From: Takakia lepidozioides | Lineage: Eukaryota > Plantae > Bryophyta | Direction of reading: 5' to 3' | Assembly (NCBI GenBank): GCA_030704615.1 | Contig: CM060732.1 | Location: forward strand, 620,001-684,000 | DNA: 64,000 bases | Notes under the pieces: model-generated | The model's database searches: none | Seen by the model: only the letters and a program-made list of their open reading frames with translations | What the model was told of the DNA's origin: nothing | Program-made: the position numbers and the translations under genes | In this document: in pieces, positions 24,401 through 38,421 of the stretch | Position numbering within the stretch: position 1 is the stretch's first letter | Layout: every line of letters starts with the position of its first letter

Positions 24401-26955
24401 TGTTTCAGCACCTTGAGGGGCCGCCCATGGATGATTACCATGAGTTTAGGCGGGGGCACGATGTTGAGATCGAGGTGTAGAGGATGTACTGGTCACCCGA
24501 CTATGTCTCCATCACTAGAGGCACTAAAGGCACAAGGGCAGCAGCCACACCGGCAGCTGCACTAGCAGCAGCAGCAGCTATAACAGCAGCTTCCATGAGC
24601 AGTAGTGGGACTAGTGGTACAGCAACTACGACGGCCACCCAAGCTACTGCTGCACCAGCACCAGTGGCGGTGCCTACCTTCAACCCTGTTGTGGAGTTCT
24701 TCGAAGAGTTGAGAAGGAACTACCAAGGGGTGAGGACAAAGAAGTTGAGGAGCTTGCAAGAATTCCAACGGAAGCCTACTGAGAGCTTGAGGGAGGCTTT
24801 CACTCGCATGAGGCGCTTGATTAATGTAACCCAAGGGGTTACGGAGGCTTAGGCAGTCCAGTTCTGGTACGGGATATTGGACAAGGAGCTGAGGAGAAGG
24901 GTGCGGGATGCAACTCTCCTACAAGCGGCCCAACCCACCTTAGCAAATGTGTTTTTGCTGGCAGAGCGGATAGAGCTCAACATGGTGGAGGAACGAGTGG
25001 TCATGGTGGGATTTGCTAAGGAGGCACCACGGGGTAGTGGTGCTCCTAGCTAGCCACTACCTCAACGTGCTCAAGGCAGCAAGGGGGCTCAGGTGAAGCC
25101 CATGGAAGGGCAGAGAGGACCTCAGATGCAGGGGTCTCTCCCCTCATTTGCTGGCCAACAACGGGCGGATGTGGTGTGCTGGACACGTGGAGGACCCCAT
25201 GTCAAGAAGGATTGCCTAGAGGGAGGCAATGGTTTGGCACCGGCACAGCCTGCACAAGTGCAGTGTGGGCATTGTGGCAGGTACGGGCATGGAGAGGCCC
25301 AGTGCTATGGTTTGCACCCTGAGTTGTGCCCAGGCCAGTTCCAAAGGAAGAATGGTGGTCGGGGGCGAGGTGGAGCAGCCCAGAGAGGACGAGGTGGCCA
25401 GGCACAAGGTGCAGGCCAAGGGCAGGCTCAACATGGCCAAGGACGTGGAGGTCAGGGTGGTGACCAAGGCATGGCCAACCGGCTTCAGCAGCTAGAGCAG
25501 AGGCTCGCTGCCATGGCCACAGCTCAGGTGGTACCGGCTCCAAGGCTGGATGGTCCACCTCCTGCTCCTGAGGGAGGAGACTTAGGAGGCATGGGATTCA
25601 TGTACGGGGCAGCACTACCACTACCACTATGGGTGGGGCAGCACTACCACTGGTGAGGGGTGCCACTACCACTACCACTGTGGGTGGGGCACCATTACCA
25701 CTAGTGCCGGGCAGTACTACCACTACCACTATGTGCGGGGCAGGACTACCACTAGTGCAAGTGGAGTCAGCTGCGGCAGTGACTCGAGGAGCAGCACGAG
25801 TTCCTGAGCCACGGGGTGCGGAGGTGGAGTTGGATCCACAGCGTGGGGAGGCAAGCCGTCAGGCCAGGCTTCCTCAGTCATTTACATTGGCGGAGACAGT
25901 GTCGACGCCATCCATGGCACCTAGTTCCCACCCGACTATTACCGAGGCGGAGGTTACTATGCCATTGGGGAGAGCTACACGGGCAGCACCACTACCTAGT
26001 GTTGCCAAGGCTACGGCAGCTAGTGTGCTGCTGGGGGTGGCCACAACTATGTGCCAGGCTCCATTGTTCTCGGCTACCATGATTGCGACGCCGGGGGTAA
26101 GACCAGCTGAGGTGTTCAGGCTGGCAGCAACACTCTGTGAGAGTGGGGAGGTTACTTCATTTTTAGCGGAGCAGCTGCCAGGTTGATGGAGCTGTCAGCT
26201 AGGCCAGCCATTGAGCGCGCCATGGTGACACCTGGAGTTGTCATGTTAGACAACCCGGATGGCATTTTCTGTTTGAGTGGACCAGCAGGCAAGAGGTACC
26301 GGCCACTGCGGGTCTTGTTGGACTCGGGAGCTCAGCCATTGATGATGGGCAGAGCTGCTATTACAGGCTTGGGCCTCACGGAGGCGGATATGGAGCCGTG
26401 CCCTTTCCAGATACAGACATCTCTGGGAGGATCAGAGCAGGCTCGGGGCATGACACGGCGTGAGTTGGCTATCAGACTACAGCTGGATCATCCTATAGAT
26501 GGCTCAGTGATGAGAGCCAAGGCCATTGTGACAGACGCGGTCTTGTACGATGTCATTGTTGGTGGGGCAGTGTTGTACCCCATGGGCTTCACCCTGGATT
26601 TTTGGGCGGAGTCAGCTTCCTATAGGCCTGAATGGCAGTCAGGGGAGGGCCAGCGTGTGCAGCTCCCTGTGACGTTCATAGGAGGAGTTGCGGTTGCCCA
26701 GTGAGGCAAGATGCCAACACTGGCAGCATTCACAACTGCAGTGACTTGGCTTGGAGAGTTGTTGGATGGCAACACTCATTCAGAGGATGTGTCACCTCCG
26801 GGAGAGCAGGATGACATGTATGGTAAGGCGGAGTTGCCTGCCATGGTTGCTCACACTCCATTGTGGGGCTCGAGCAAGGATTTGTAGCGGGTTGCTGATT
26901 GTCGTGTGCAACAAGCCTAGGTAGAGGCTTTTGTACCGTCAAGAGAGGAGGACAG
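21460..26955 (+). mobile_element. Truncated member of the DNMT-carrying Gypsy family (repeat A, leader, gag, protease; breaks just before the DNMT domain)
   Basis: Starts TGTCAAGTT like 39354. Gag and protease are highly similar to 43023-45890. Confidence 0.9.
24052..26955 (+). pseudogene. gag (zinc knuckles) and aspartic protease remnant
   Basis: ELDDFIQEFDSWCD, CGHCGRYGHGEAQC, VLLDSGAQPL; multiple stops. Confidence 0.85.
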
Positions 26956-29395
26956 TGCGGGCACAGACTTACACAGGGTTGTGGACACAGAATCAGAAAA
27001 CCACAGTGGTAAGTCGGCACAGACTTCCCTGTTTGCACATGGGAAGTTTGCACACACGCAAACGTGGTTGGGCACAGTCAGAGCACGACACTGACAAGTC
27101 GGCACAGACTTCCATGTGACAGAGAAGGACGAGAAGGCTGTACAGAGTTGCACTGGGTTTGGGGAACAGTATAGTAATAGCACAGTGGTAAGTCGGCACA
27201 GACTTCCCTGTCTGCACTCCCGGAGCATTGCCATGGGAAGTCGGTGCAGACTTAAAGAGGTGGCTGGACACACTGTCAAAATAGCCAATGCGAAGTCGGT
27301 GCAGACTTCCCTATCACGCACCAGGCATGCATGATGCCGGAGGTGGGAAGTCGGCACAGACTCCCCGAGCACCCATTCTGGCGGTGACAGTCCACCCATC
27401 ATCTGCTCACGTTAGCAACCGCAAAAGCAATGGATATAGTAGTGGTGACTTTGGCACCTGCATTCTTACCTCCCTCATGAATGACCTAAGCTGGGCATAC
27501 CGGTATGTCCACCACGAAAGCTAGCTATCTAGGGCGGGAATATCTTCTTCAGTTGCCGCTCCCGATGATATCCACCATGTTCTGATTGGCATGAATGCTA
27601 TCTCGGCTTCTGTTGCTGTGGCGGCCGACCTCCACTATCCACACAATTTAATGTGTGCCGCTTGAAAGTTTGGCCGAATGAGATCCTTGGTATGCCTCTG
27701 AAAACTCTGTCCCCAATGAAATCCGCAAGTTCTCTCCCTACCTGGCATAGGGTTCCCGCCACCATAAACATTTCGAACCGCCGCCCAGTTCGCATTCGCA
27801 TTGTCCGCCATGAATCCTCTAAAATGCGGTGGTCTATTTCTTGCTCGGACCATCTGGTCATTGATGCTCTCCCACATAATCATTTGAGATGGTGTGTCTT
27901 CCGACTTCATCTCGCGAATGGCGATGGTCATGAGCTTCCTGTAGTTGGGCTCGTACACATGGCAGGCCATTGTGCTCCATCCATTTATTCGTTTGACATT
28001 GTCGAACATCACCCAGCTATTTTCCAAAGGTCCGCCAACATTCATCATATCCACGAGATGCACCCCGGATGCCGGCCCATCAGTTGATATCTTGAAGACA
28101 AAGCACCGTTGATGCTCGTTTGCTTGCCCGGGAAATCTGCTGGAATGGATATACTCATACCCACACATAGACTTCATTTGCTTCAAGCTGGTCATTTCGT
28201 CACCCCGGCCTGTCTGTGATTTCATTTTGTTGATGGTACTCTTGTTTGTCGGGCTGCCAAATGCTTCAACTGCATCCAGTAGAGCCTCGAACTCCTCACT
28301 ATCAGTTTGCATCTTTCGCCCCCATTGGCCGACATAATATGCTGCATGACAATGGTCTGCGCCGCATTCAGCTCCACAGCTTTTGGTCGTGCCGATGGAG
28401 ACCTGATGAGCTCCTCTCTCAATACCTCCTTTGCACGCGCAACAGCTTCTCTGGATGCGCCTGTGGCACTCCTATGGGTGTGGCATCCCACATGGACTGC
28501 ACAACGTGTCATAACAGGAGGTCCGCAGACGTAAAACATCTTCGCCAGACAAGCCTCCATACAGGTAGGAGGTTGGTTGCAAATGGAGCAGACAAACGTC
28601 CTCCCGGTACTGTAATTTGTGCTTGAAATTTGGTATCCGACGTCCCCAGCCACAAAGTGTCGTTGTGATACCTCTCCCTCACAAATAACGGGCAAGTCGC
28701 CCGTATGCATTTCAAACTCCCAACACAGTTCACATATCTGCAACACACGGCGTCATGGAGAAATTCAGTGAAGTGGGATGACAAACTCATCTTGGTGCTG
28801 TTTGGGAAATCGGCACAGACTTCTCCAAGGACTTACATGAATCTTGATATTGCAGTAAAATGTCATAGTGCCGCAAGATACCAATGTACACGCGAGAAAT
28901 CGGTGCCGACTTCTCCAATAAGGTCGCACATTCTGAAATTGCAGAGCATTCTCATAATACCTTAATTCATTCGAAGATACACACGAGAAATCGGCACAGA
29001 CTTCAGGAAGGATGAGAGAGAGCAACAAATCTGACTGCCGTGTCTTTCCTGTCTAGCAACTGCAATTTCAGATTTGTAGTTTTTGATATAGTCCATGGGT
29101 TTCCGTCATATTTCCGGTCCATGCCTTCCAGCTGGCCCGCTGCACTGGTGTTTTCTGTCGGCGGCAACTCTTACACAATGTCCCCATCTACTCTTCTGGG
29201 TAAATGGTTCATCTTCACTATTTGAACACTGTGAAAGTTGATCCTTGAAAGCTCGTTGTGGGATGTGGTGCTGGTGCGTGTCGATCGGCTTTTACTCACC
29301 CATCCCTTCGCTATCCGAGGTGGAAACTCCAAGATAGAAGAGTTGGATATCTCTAAGCACTCAGCCCGCTCAGAACAATCAGTCATGACCTGCAG
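26956..29395 (-). mobile_element. MULE copy G fragment: transposase pseudogene with GAAGTCGGCACAGACTTC palindromes
   Basis: GMDRKYDG, CVGSLKC, CSIC, GCHTH, MFDNVK, MACHVY, FMADNA, RERTCGFHW. Palindromes at 26960-27365 and 28806-29045 lie in apparent introns. Confidence 0.85.
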
Positions 29396-29904
29396 CTAGT
29401 GAATCATGGTTGTGCTTCCTATTTGTATTCCTTCTTGCCTTCATGTTATCAATTTACCTTACCGTGTATACTGAAGCATCAGATTGCTTCAGTATCTACT
29501 AAGTTCCAATTAATCATGCATTCATTCCACAGCTTCTCTCGTGTCTCTCTACACAGTATGTTTGTATCGATTCAGTATCGGATTAAGATTAATCATGTAT
29601 CATGCCTATGCCATGGTGTCTCTAATCTACCCTACTGTATAATTTTACAACTTGCATGAATTAAGCCTCAATCAAGTCATCATCTCATCTTCACTGTTTC
29701 CACTCTCCGTTACGTCTCCTCCTTTCCTGAACAAGTCGCACTCCTCAAGAAGTGATCCCCTTCCTGTTGCCGCTCTGCCTAATCTACCCGCAAGCTGTTC
29801 TAACCACCTAACTAACTAACCGTCACCCTTGAAGTAACACGTTCCCTCTACAGATGTCATTCCCACACAGTCGTTCCTTGTCAATGATAACTGTTCCTCA
29901 TGTA

Positions 29905-30100
29905 CTGTGACAGGCTGTATCAAGCTGTGCCGAGCTGTGACTGGCTGTGTAAAGTTGTGTCGGGTTGCAACTGGCTGTGGGAAGCTGTGTCGGGCTGTAA
30001 CTGGCTGTGTGAAGCTGTGTCGGGCTGTGACTGGCTGTGCGAAGCTGTGTCGGGCTGTGTAAAGCTGTGTCTGGATGTGATAGACTGTGACGAGCTGTCT
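29905..30100. repeat. 30-bp tandem repeat within the LTR; related repeat at 34505-34585
   Basis: Units of gctgtgtcgggctgtgactggctgtgtgaa. Confidence 0.9.
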
Positions 30101-30251
30101 AACCCCCCTAAAGCCTGCGCCTGCCACCCCTAAGGCTCCTGTTGGTCTCAGTCTGCGCAAAAATTAAGGGTACCCCACAGAACCCGTAAAAGCGTCTAAG
30201 TCCCAAGCAGCCCTCTAACATTACCCCTCCCCCTCTCAAAAAGCCGTGTCC

Positions 30252-33200
30252 TCACGGTTTACTGTTTGGGATTAGCAAACCTTTGTGAGCGAGCACCTTC
30301 TGTCGGTGAGAGTCTCGTGAAGGACTCCATGTGCGAGCCTGAGTCCTGTCACTGGCTGATGGAGATGATTGAGCACTACCTGGAAATGTTTGACCCTCCT
30401 TTGGCTGATAACGAGGTAACCTCTCAGGCATAGGAGATCCCCATCGTTTCTTCTTTGCCATCTGAAGTGCATAGTCCTCTGCAATGTCAAAAGAGTCCTC
30501 TAAAGAAACAGTAGTATCAGAATCCTCGTCCCCCCTGAGGTGTTTTAACGGCCGAACTTTAAGTGGCTTCTCGGGAATCCTGCGTGGCATACAATGTGGG
30601 CCCACCATGTCTGGAAGTTTAAACTGTACGACTTGCTGTAAGCGCTTGCAAGCAAAATTAGTGAACGCCCTAAACTCCTTAGATGTATAGGTGAGAGGTG
30701 TGCCAATGACTTTGGAACAGTGTAAGTATTTCCAGGCTTCATGTCCCTTAAAGAAAATATCCTCAGGGCCGAATTTTTGTGTTGCCAAATTGTTCCAAGC
30801 CGAATTAAACCATGAACGAAGTTGGGAATCCTTCTGCATCATAACTCTTGCATCATATAGGTACATATGAGGTGGCACTGAAGGTAAGACCCAATGATCC
30901 CCACTGGAATAACTCGGAAATCGTGATTGCATCTTCTGCTGCTCAATGTGATAACGTGCCATAAAACAAGCAACATAGTATAATCCACAGCCCATGACAA
31001 TACTAGATACCTCCTTGGTCTTGGTATAGATGTACCCATGTACAACCTGGAAGACAATTAATTCCTTCAGCATGGTATCTGCCTCAGACCAGTACCTTGC
31101 AAAGTGATGATCCTCAATGGGTCGATTGTTTGGAAGAACCTTAGTCCGAGTTGCCACTGGCAACCAAATGCGCATGATCTGGTAGTAATGTGCCAACGAC
31201 TGCGGAGGACTAAATTCCTTCCAAGCCAAATCCAGCACAATGGGAATTTGGTTGAATGACATAATCATAGCCCGACTGTACTCCAGTGCAGCAGGAGTCC
31301 TAGGTGGGTTAAAAGCAATATCCCCCCATACCTCAGGCTGTGGTTTGGCTGTAGTAGCAACAGGGTCAGCTACCAGCACAGGCACCTGCTGTGGTATTGG
31401 TACCACTGACCCTTCTACCACTGGCATCTCCTGCACCCCCTGCGAAGAAGACTGAAAAATTAGAGTCCTGGCATGTAAATAAGTAACCATCAGCTGCTCC
31501 TCAGGAACAAAGACTCTCTTGTCAATATTTGAACTCAGGTCATCCACTTGAGTCTGCAGGCCTTCCACATCCTCCTGTAGCTCCGCTATCCTACTATAGA
31601 CATTGTCTATAGTAGTTGTGGCAACGTTCTGCACCTGCAATCTGAGTTCATTCATCTCGCCCTGGGTGAGCTTCCTTGGTGCTTTGCCTTCTACCGGCCC
31701 TTGTGCTAACCAGACCTGCATAAGGTGGTTATCCACCAAGTCCTGTGTGACACCCCTGAGAGTCTGCTCCTTCGTGAGTCTGTACACATCTAACTGCTAC
31801 TGTAAAGCCTCCATGCGCTTTGCATGAGGTTCAACCAGGCCCGCATAGGCAGCAGCCTGATTATTGGCTTCCTTCCAAGCCTTGTTAGCCACAGAGAGTT
31901 CATTTCTATTGACCATGACTGTTTGTTGCAACTCCAGGATGTACCTCTCCTAGTCAGCCTCAACCTGTTTGTACTGTTGGAAAGTATTCTCATTGCGACA
32001 GATTGTAGCCTGCAAATCAACAATGAGTTTCCCTTGCTCTATTATCTCAGCTTCTACCATCATACTTCTCTCCCCTTGTCTGTTAACTTCTAATGCAGTT
32101 TGCTCTAGAGCAATTGTGAGTGTAGCACATTGTATGGTCATCCTCTGATGTACTGCCTCCAACTCTGTATGTAGTACGTTCACTTCTTGCAACTTGCCCT
32201 CATGCTTCACCTGCAATTGGTATAACTGTTGCTTATGTGCTTCATGCAACTGGTCCTGCTTGAGACCTACTTCAATCAAATGTCCCTTAGCCAACTGCAA
32301 GGCAGCCTTTGTGTCCTCCAACTCTTGCTGTAACTTGAGATTGATCTCCTCATCTACCTTGTTAGCATACTCAGTGGCAATTCGAGTCTCAAACTCCTTC
32401 GCATGGCCTGCTGGGGGTCATCATGGTGAACTTGCTGTTGTTCTCCCTGATCCTCCACAGTGTGATGCTTCACCAACCATTCAGGCCATTGCCCCACCAG
32501 ATCCTCTTCCTGAACCACCTCATCCTCCGCAGGTGCTGCAGTGTCCTTATATTCTACCCCTGGTACCTCCGTCACAAGTGTGGGTATTACATGCACAGTA
32601 GGGATTTCCCTGGACAAACTCTGCACCTCTGGTACCACTGATTCCCTGACCAAGCCAGAGTTTTCATAGAGAAGGTCACCCTTCTCAATTTCTGCCACGA
32701 CCTGCTCTATAGTGGGAATGTCCAACCCTTCTCTTTCCAGAGCAATATGCTCTGGCGGAACAACATGTACTAACTGAGGTACCTCTGAGACAACCGATTC
32801 AACTGACTATGATGGCTGTGGTACCAAAGTGACTTCTTCTTCCCTCTCCAAAGGTCGTGCTTTTAGTAATAACAGCCCTTTGTGCTGCTGTGCCCCATCC
32901 TGCACAAAAGCTTGGGAAACATCATCTTGCGGCTTTCTTGAAGCCAATGGATCCGCCACTACAGTCATACCCCTCTTCTGTCTCTTAGACAAGTGTTGCT
33001 CTGCCAATCCACCCTCACTATGTGAAGAACCCTGCTCCTCCATTGCAGTGGTTGCTGCCTCAAACACTCCCATCTCCTTACGTTCTCGCGCATCAAGTAT
33101 GCAAGAGTCAAGAATGATCTGAGCAATGACTGGGCCAGACACGATGATCGGAGACTTAGCAGCAGTGCCCTGTAACCTCTTAATCTCTTCCACTAGACCA

Positions 33201-33700
33201 TTGTACATTAACTCTGCCCAAGCTACATCCTCTCCTCGCAAGGCTTTCAGTATCTCCTCTGTGAATGACCTGCTCAAATACTGTTGGTTCTGTTTCATGG
33301 CAAACATAACGTTCAGTATTTGGCCAACATCCCTGAGCCCTGGGTACTCGGCTTTGGTGCAAGCGTAACCTTGAGTCTTAAAGAAACTCCCTTCTTGGAA
33401 CAGATTCCCTATCTGCAATCTTGCCCTGTGCTCATCCACATCCACATGACCCGATGGCAATTCGAACAATTGTTGCAGGTACTGGGGAGTAATTTCTATA
33501 TCTACTCCCCTCACCTGGGTTACTCCGTCCTAGGCTCAAAGTTATGAAGAAATTGAAGCATATACTACCGATGATGCAAGGACCAGTCCTTGCGTAGCAG
33601 CCCCTCCAATCGCAACTCCCTCAGCAGCTGCACTGCCTGCGGTGTAGCAATTGTTTGCTTCTGCAGTATCATGGTGCTCTTCACCCTGATATCCTCCATT
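30252..33700 (-). pseudogene. Extra sense-strand ORF downstream of pol (Athila-type ORF-like N-terminus, coiled coil, unknown C-terminus)
   Basis: Consecutive ORFs 32807-33514, 32354-32725, 31950-32321 and 30252-31787 (511 aa); RGVDIEITPQYLQQLFELP motif; heptad-rich middle. Confidence 0.65.
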
Positions 33701-34699
33701 CCCCTCACTCTCTTCATTCTAGACAAACAAAAAGGCCTTGTTTGAAACAGCTAAAGAAAAGCTTGCAGGGCACATAGCATAAAGGTATGGTTGGCACATA
33801 ATGGAATGGGTAAGTGCGTGTAAGCCCGTGGGGCTTGCAAGTATCGAGTGAGAGAGAATGTACTCTCAACCCGTCCGTCCTTGTGCCACTGCGTGAGAAG
33901 TAAAGTGAGCGTGTAACCTGTAATATCCGCCATAGCTACAAAGCTATAGCTTTGATTGCCTCTCCTGCCGAGACGCTGGTTATTCGGAGCCACCCCGACT
34001 CTCGCGCTCATAACCCTGCTAATTTCTTGCTCTTGTTTCTTGGAGGAAACCACCTGCATGTAATTCTCGCTCGTGATTGGCTGTTGCCTCCTTGGGTAAC
34101 TTCTTAATTTAACTCCCCTCAGTGGACTTTTCCCCCTGGAATGTCTATTAGGATAGCACATGCGGCAAAGATCCCCCTTTTCTGTACTCGTAAAGGGTTC
34201 CGTTACCCTTGCCCTGAATGCATTAATGGGCCCACAAATAGTTTGGGTTGATGTACCGGGTAGGTACTTTGACGGCCCAATTTGTCTTCTTGCATGATGA
34301 CACCCGCTTTTGCAATACATGCACTATGGTGTGCTTCGCCCTGACGACCACGTGTTCATTTCTAGACCTGCCTCTGTCTTTCCCTGTCCGCGTGGCACTT
34401 TCTCCGAGTTTGACTTCCAAGCTGTCTTTTCTTCCGCCGGCCACTTTTCAGACGTTAACCCACGTCCACCTGTCACTGACCCTATGGACTCTGTAACCCG
34501 CGTGGGCTGTGTTGGGCTGTGACAGGCTGTGTCAAACTGTGGTGGGCTGTGATAGGCTGTGTGATGTTGTGGTGGGCTGTGATAACTATGCGAACACCTG
34601 TGTTCTCCGCTCAGGCCATACACATTCGGCTTTACGACAAGTGCTTCATGCTCCGTTGGTATTACCAGTGCAGCCCGTGACTGTTTCTGTGTTTCAATA

Positions 34700-36303
34700 T
34701 GCAAGTCGTGCTGCAATGGTTTGTCATGGATACCACTGTATCCCTTCAACTTATTGGCATTGACTCTTCCCAACATCTCTTTGTTAATGGTTTGTAACAT
34801 GGCGGTGTTGTTATCATACATCTTCTGTATGACATAAGGTCCTTTTCCATGGTGATTTAAGCTTAGAAGCCTTAATCTTCCCCTTCTTTTGCAACCACAG
34901 AACCAAATCTCCCGTCTTAAAAGTCTTTAATTTACCTTCATCAAACTGATCCTTCATCTTCATCTGAATTCTGGTCATGTTATTAGCTGCATCAGCACGT
35001 ACTTCTTCCACACGGTATAATTCATGTTTCCTGACCTTAATTGAATCTTCCAATTCCATTCTCCTTCCCCATTCAGTTCTCATGGTAGGTAACAAGAATT
35101 CCACTGGAAGTAAAGCTTCCATACCATAAACTAATTGGAATGGTGTATACTTAGTGGTGACTTTATATGAAGTCCAGTATGACCACAAAGCTGTCAGCAG
35201 CTTTGTATCCCATTCTGTTTGCTTTGACTATCTTAGCCAAGATAGTACATAGTATTTTGTTGGTAGCCTCTGCCTGCCCATTACCCTGTGGGTAATAAGT
35301 TGTACTCTTCCTATGCACAATCATGAACTCTTTAGTCAATAGTTCTATGGTCTCATTAATGAAGTGACTTCCCTGGTCACTGATAAATTCCAGGGGACAG
35401 CCAAATCGTGTAAGTATGTTCTCATACAAGAACCTTGCTGTGGACTTAGCTGTGTTGTCCCTCAGAGCTTTAGCTTCCACCCACTTTGTAGTATAATCAG
35501 TGGCTGTGATTATATACTTGTTCTGTGTATTCTTGGCTGGTGGGTTAATTGGTCCAACAAAGTCTAGTCCCCATTTCTGAAATGGTTCAGTAGGCATCGT
35601 AGGATGCAAAGCCATCTTCCCAGATCTCTGCAATGGTCCTAGCCTCTGACACTCATCACAACTCTTACAATACTTGTGTACATCCTTGAACAAAGTAGGC
35701 CACCAGTAACCTGCAAGTAGTATCTTTCTACTAGTAGTCTCTTCTCCAAAATGACCTCCAGCCACTCCTTTATGAACTTCCTCCAAAACTTTATTTACTT
35801 CATGGTGGTACAAGCATCGTTTAAGTACTCCATCAGGTCCTAGCTTATACATTCTGCCCCCTACCATAGTATAAGGTAAAGCCTTGATAGCGATTCTCTT
35901 CCTCTGCTCCTTTCCATAACTAGGTGGGAACTGACCATGAGTAAGGTAGTATCTGATTGGCCACTGCCAATCTAACCATTCATCTGCACTACCCTGCACC
36001 TCCATTGCAAATAAACTCGCATCAGGTAATTGGTCATCTACTCCTGTGGCTGGCTCTCCTGTTGATAGGCGTGACAAGTGATCTGCCACAAGATGCAAAC
36101 AACCAGGCTTGTAAACAACCTCAAACTCAAACTCGTGCAAGATTATTAACCACCTTGTTATCCTTCCACTTATCAAAGGTTTGTTCACCAGATATATCAG
36201 AGCCTGGTGATCCACATAAAACATAAACTTCCTTCCCAATAGGTAATGCCTGAATTTCTTGACTGCATAAATCATTGCCAATGCTTCTCTTTCAGTTGTG
36301 CAT
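34700..36303 (-). pseudogene. pol remnant: RNase H and integrase
   Basis: TTEREALA, FYVDHQAL, VADHLSR; H-x6-H...CDECQR; WGLDFVG, ISDQGSHF, GQAEATNK. Confidence 0.95.
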
Positions 36304-36791
36304 GGCATTAGCCGCCTTCAACATGTCCTTCAACGTCCCGCCAAATTGCGCCAACAACCCTTCCCAAAAGGCTGCTGGCATGGAAGACATCTGTTGGTCT
36401 GGCGGAGTCTCTGGAAAGTCCTCCGACCCCCAAAATTCCTCTCGTCCTTATGCGGCCTCGCTTTCAGAAGCATGAATCGCCTCTTCTGATTGCCGCTTTG
36501 GTGACACGTCGCCCCCACCGGGCTCACTAGGATCATCATCTTTCGGGCCGTTCCGCTTTCGCTTTGTCTTGCCCAACCCCATGATGAGGCCGATCTCAAG
36601 GACGATCGCGTACTGAACTCTAAGCTCTGATACCAACGGGGGCTCCACCTAGTGAGCGCCTCCGCCTCCTTGAGTGCCTTGGGTACTCAAGGGTGCTTCA
36701 GCCCCCGTACCAATTGTTGCCACTGCCCCCACCACAGGGGCAGCCCCTCTTGTGTCCCGACCCCCTGCCCTCAAGGCAAAGGGCCGCGACA
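36304..36791 (-). mobile_element. Fragment of the 9355-12006 Gypsy family (gag start, PBS, internally deleted LTR)
   Basis: Similar to 10937-11276 and then directly to 11850-12006. Confidence 0.9.
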
Positions 36792-38421
36792 CCCCCCACT
36801 TGCTTAACTTCACGCTCACTAGTTCCCTCACTTTATTTTTCTGTGTTCTTTGCCACAAACCTCATGTCACATCATGCATATCCACCCAGTAGTTGCTGGC
36901 TCTTCTACCCCTCTACGGACTTATGACCTTCATTACGTCATTACATGCCCCCAGCTCTCTCCCCGTACATCTGGCCAGTTAACCACCCTCACAATAGGGC
37001 TAACGGTTTCCCCCCCACCACCGTACAATGTTGTCATCCCTCTCCTCACTCACTCCTCCTCTTGTTCTATTCTCTCGCAGGCTTCCTAATTACTTCCCAT
37101 CTTAGCTCTATCTCCATCATACTACACCCCCGCACCCCCACTCATCCTATAACAGATCTACAGTTAGCATTTGTCTCTTCAAGGCTTGTTTTATACTCCT
37201 CTAATCTCTGGTGGCAGGTCAATGCGTTCTACCCAGATATAAGGATTCCTCCACACGGGATGACGGGCCCCAAGTGGAGCCCCCCCTGCAGATCTCAAGC
37301 AAGACCCACAACATGATATTTCTCCCACATTTCCAATAGAACTCACAGTCTGCCTGCAGCTTACTACGTGAGTGCCCTAACCTGTTACTACTCCCACTCA
37401 ACTTTTGCATCAGTTTGGCCATTCTGGCCCTGTACAACACATCCAAAGCTGTATTCCAACTCAAAAAACTCCAACTTTAGCTATGGTAGATCATACAAGA
37501 TATGCTCACTTCTGTCTATAGAGCTTTCATCTTCTTGCTCTGGCCCCCCATTTTGTACGTCCAATCTCTCACATTTCAATTCGACTACTGCACTGTTGGG
37601 AGCCCCCTTCCCAACTCACACATACACTGCCATCACACGAGGTTAGCTATTTCATGAGCATGAGCGGCATGAGCAGAGTAGCAAGACAATCGGTTTTCAT
37701 GAGCAGAAGTACAAATTTCAAAAATAAAAAACATTATAAAACATTAATTTAATGCAATGTGTCAGAAAAAACAAATATATTATTCGGCACCTTGAAGGGG
37801 AAATTGTAGTTTTGAGAGTTGTGCTCATGATATTTTGTCTTCCGCTCATGCCAATTCCCAGCGACATGTGCAAAAATGGCGCCGAATTTCGCGGTAATAG
37901 GGTCCGTAACCGGAAAGAATCGCGACGTATTTCGCGGTAATAGGTCTCTCTGGCGAAAAATGGTGCCGAATTCCGCGGCTATAGGTCCCCTCATGACAGG
38001 TGTGTAAGCCCAAAATTTGGAAATGTGGCGCTGAATTTCGGTACATGGTGCCGGGGATTGCACAGATGTTGGGCAGTTCTGGGCCATGTAACTGGAAATT
38101 CGGCGCCATTTTTCCAGACATCATTCCCGAGCATGTTCGGACTTAGCCAGTTTTCGGCCCAAAACAGGGAAATTCGGTGCCAATTTTCCTGACACAGGGG
38201 TACCAGTGCATGTTGGGATTAGCCAGTTTTCGGCCCAAAATAGAGAAATTCGGCGCCATTTTTCCAGAAAATGGCCCCACAACTGCTTCTGTTGGATCTC
38301 AGTTTGAATGGAATATTGCCTCATTCCAGGAGTTTTGGGGTGCATTTCATTACACTGCAAAAAAAAGTCTGATACATAAATGCAATTGAAAATATCCATA
38401 TTGAGGATTCTCTTTGCCCCA

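Larger units (their letters stand above)
29400..36303 (-). mobile_element. Athila/Tat-like (non-chromoviral) Gypsy, 3' half: RNase H-integrase, long extra ORF, PPT, 3' LTR
   Basis: PPT GAGAGGGGGAGGGGTAA (30221-30237) is followed by TGTTAGAG at 30220; integrase motifs lie upstream. The left LTR boundary is approximate. Confidence 0.8.
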
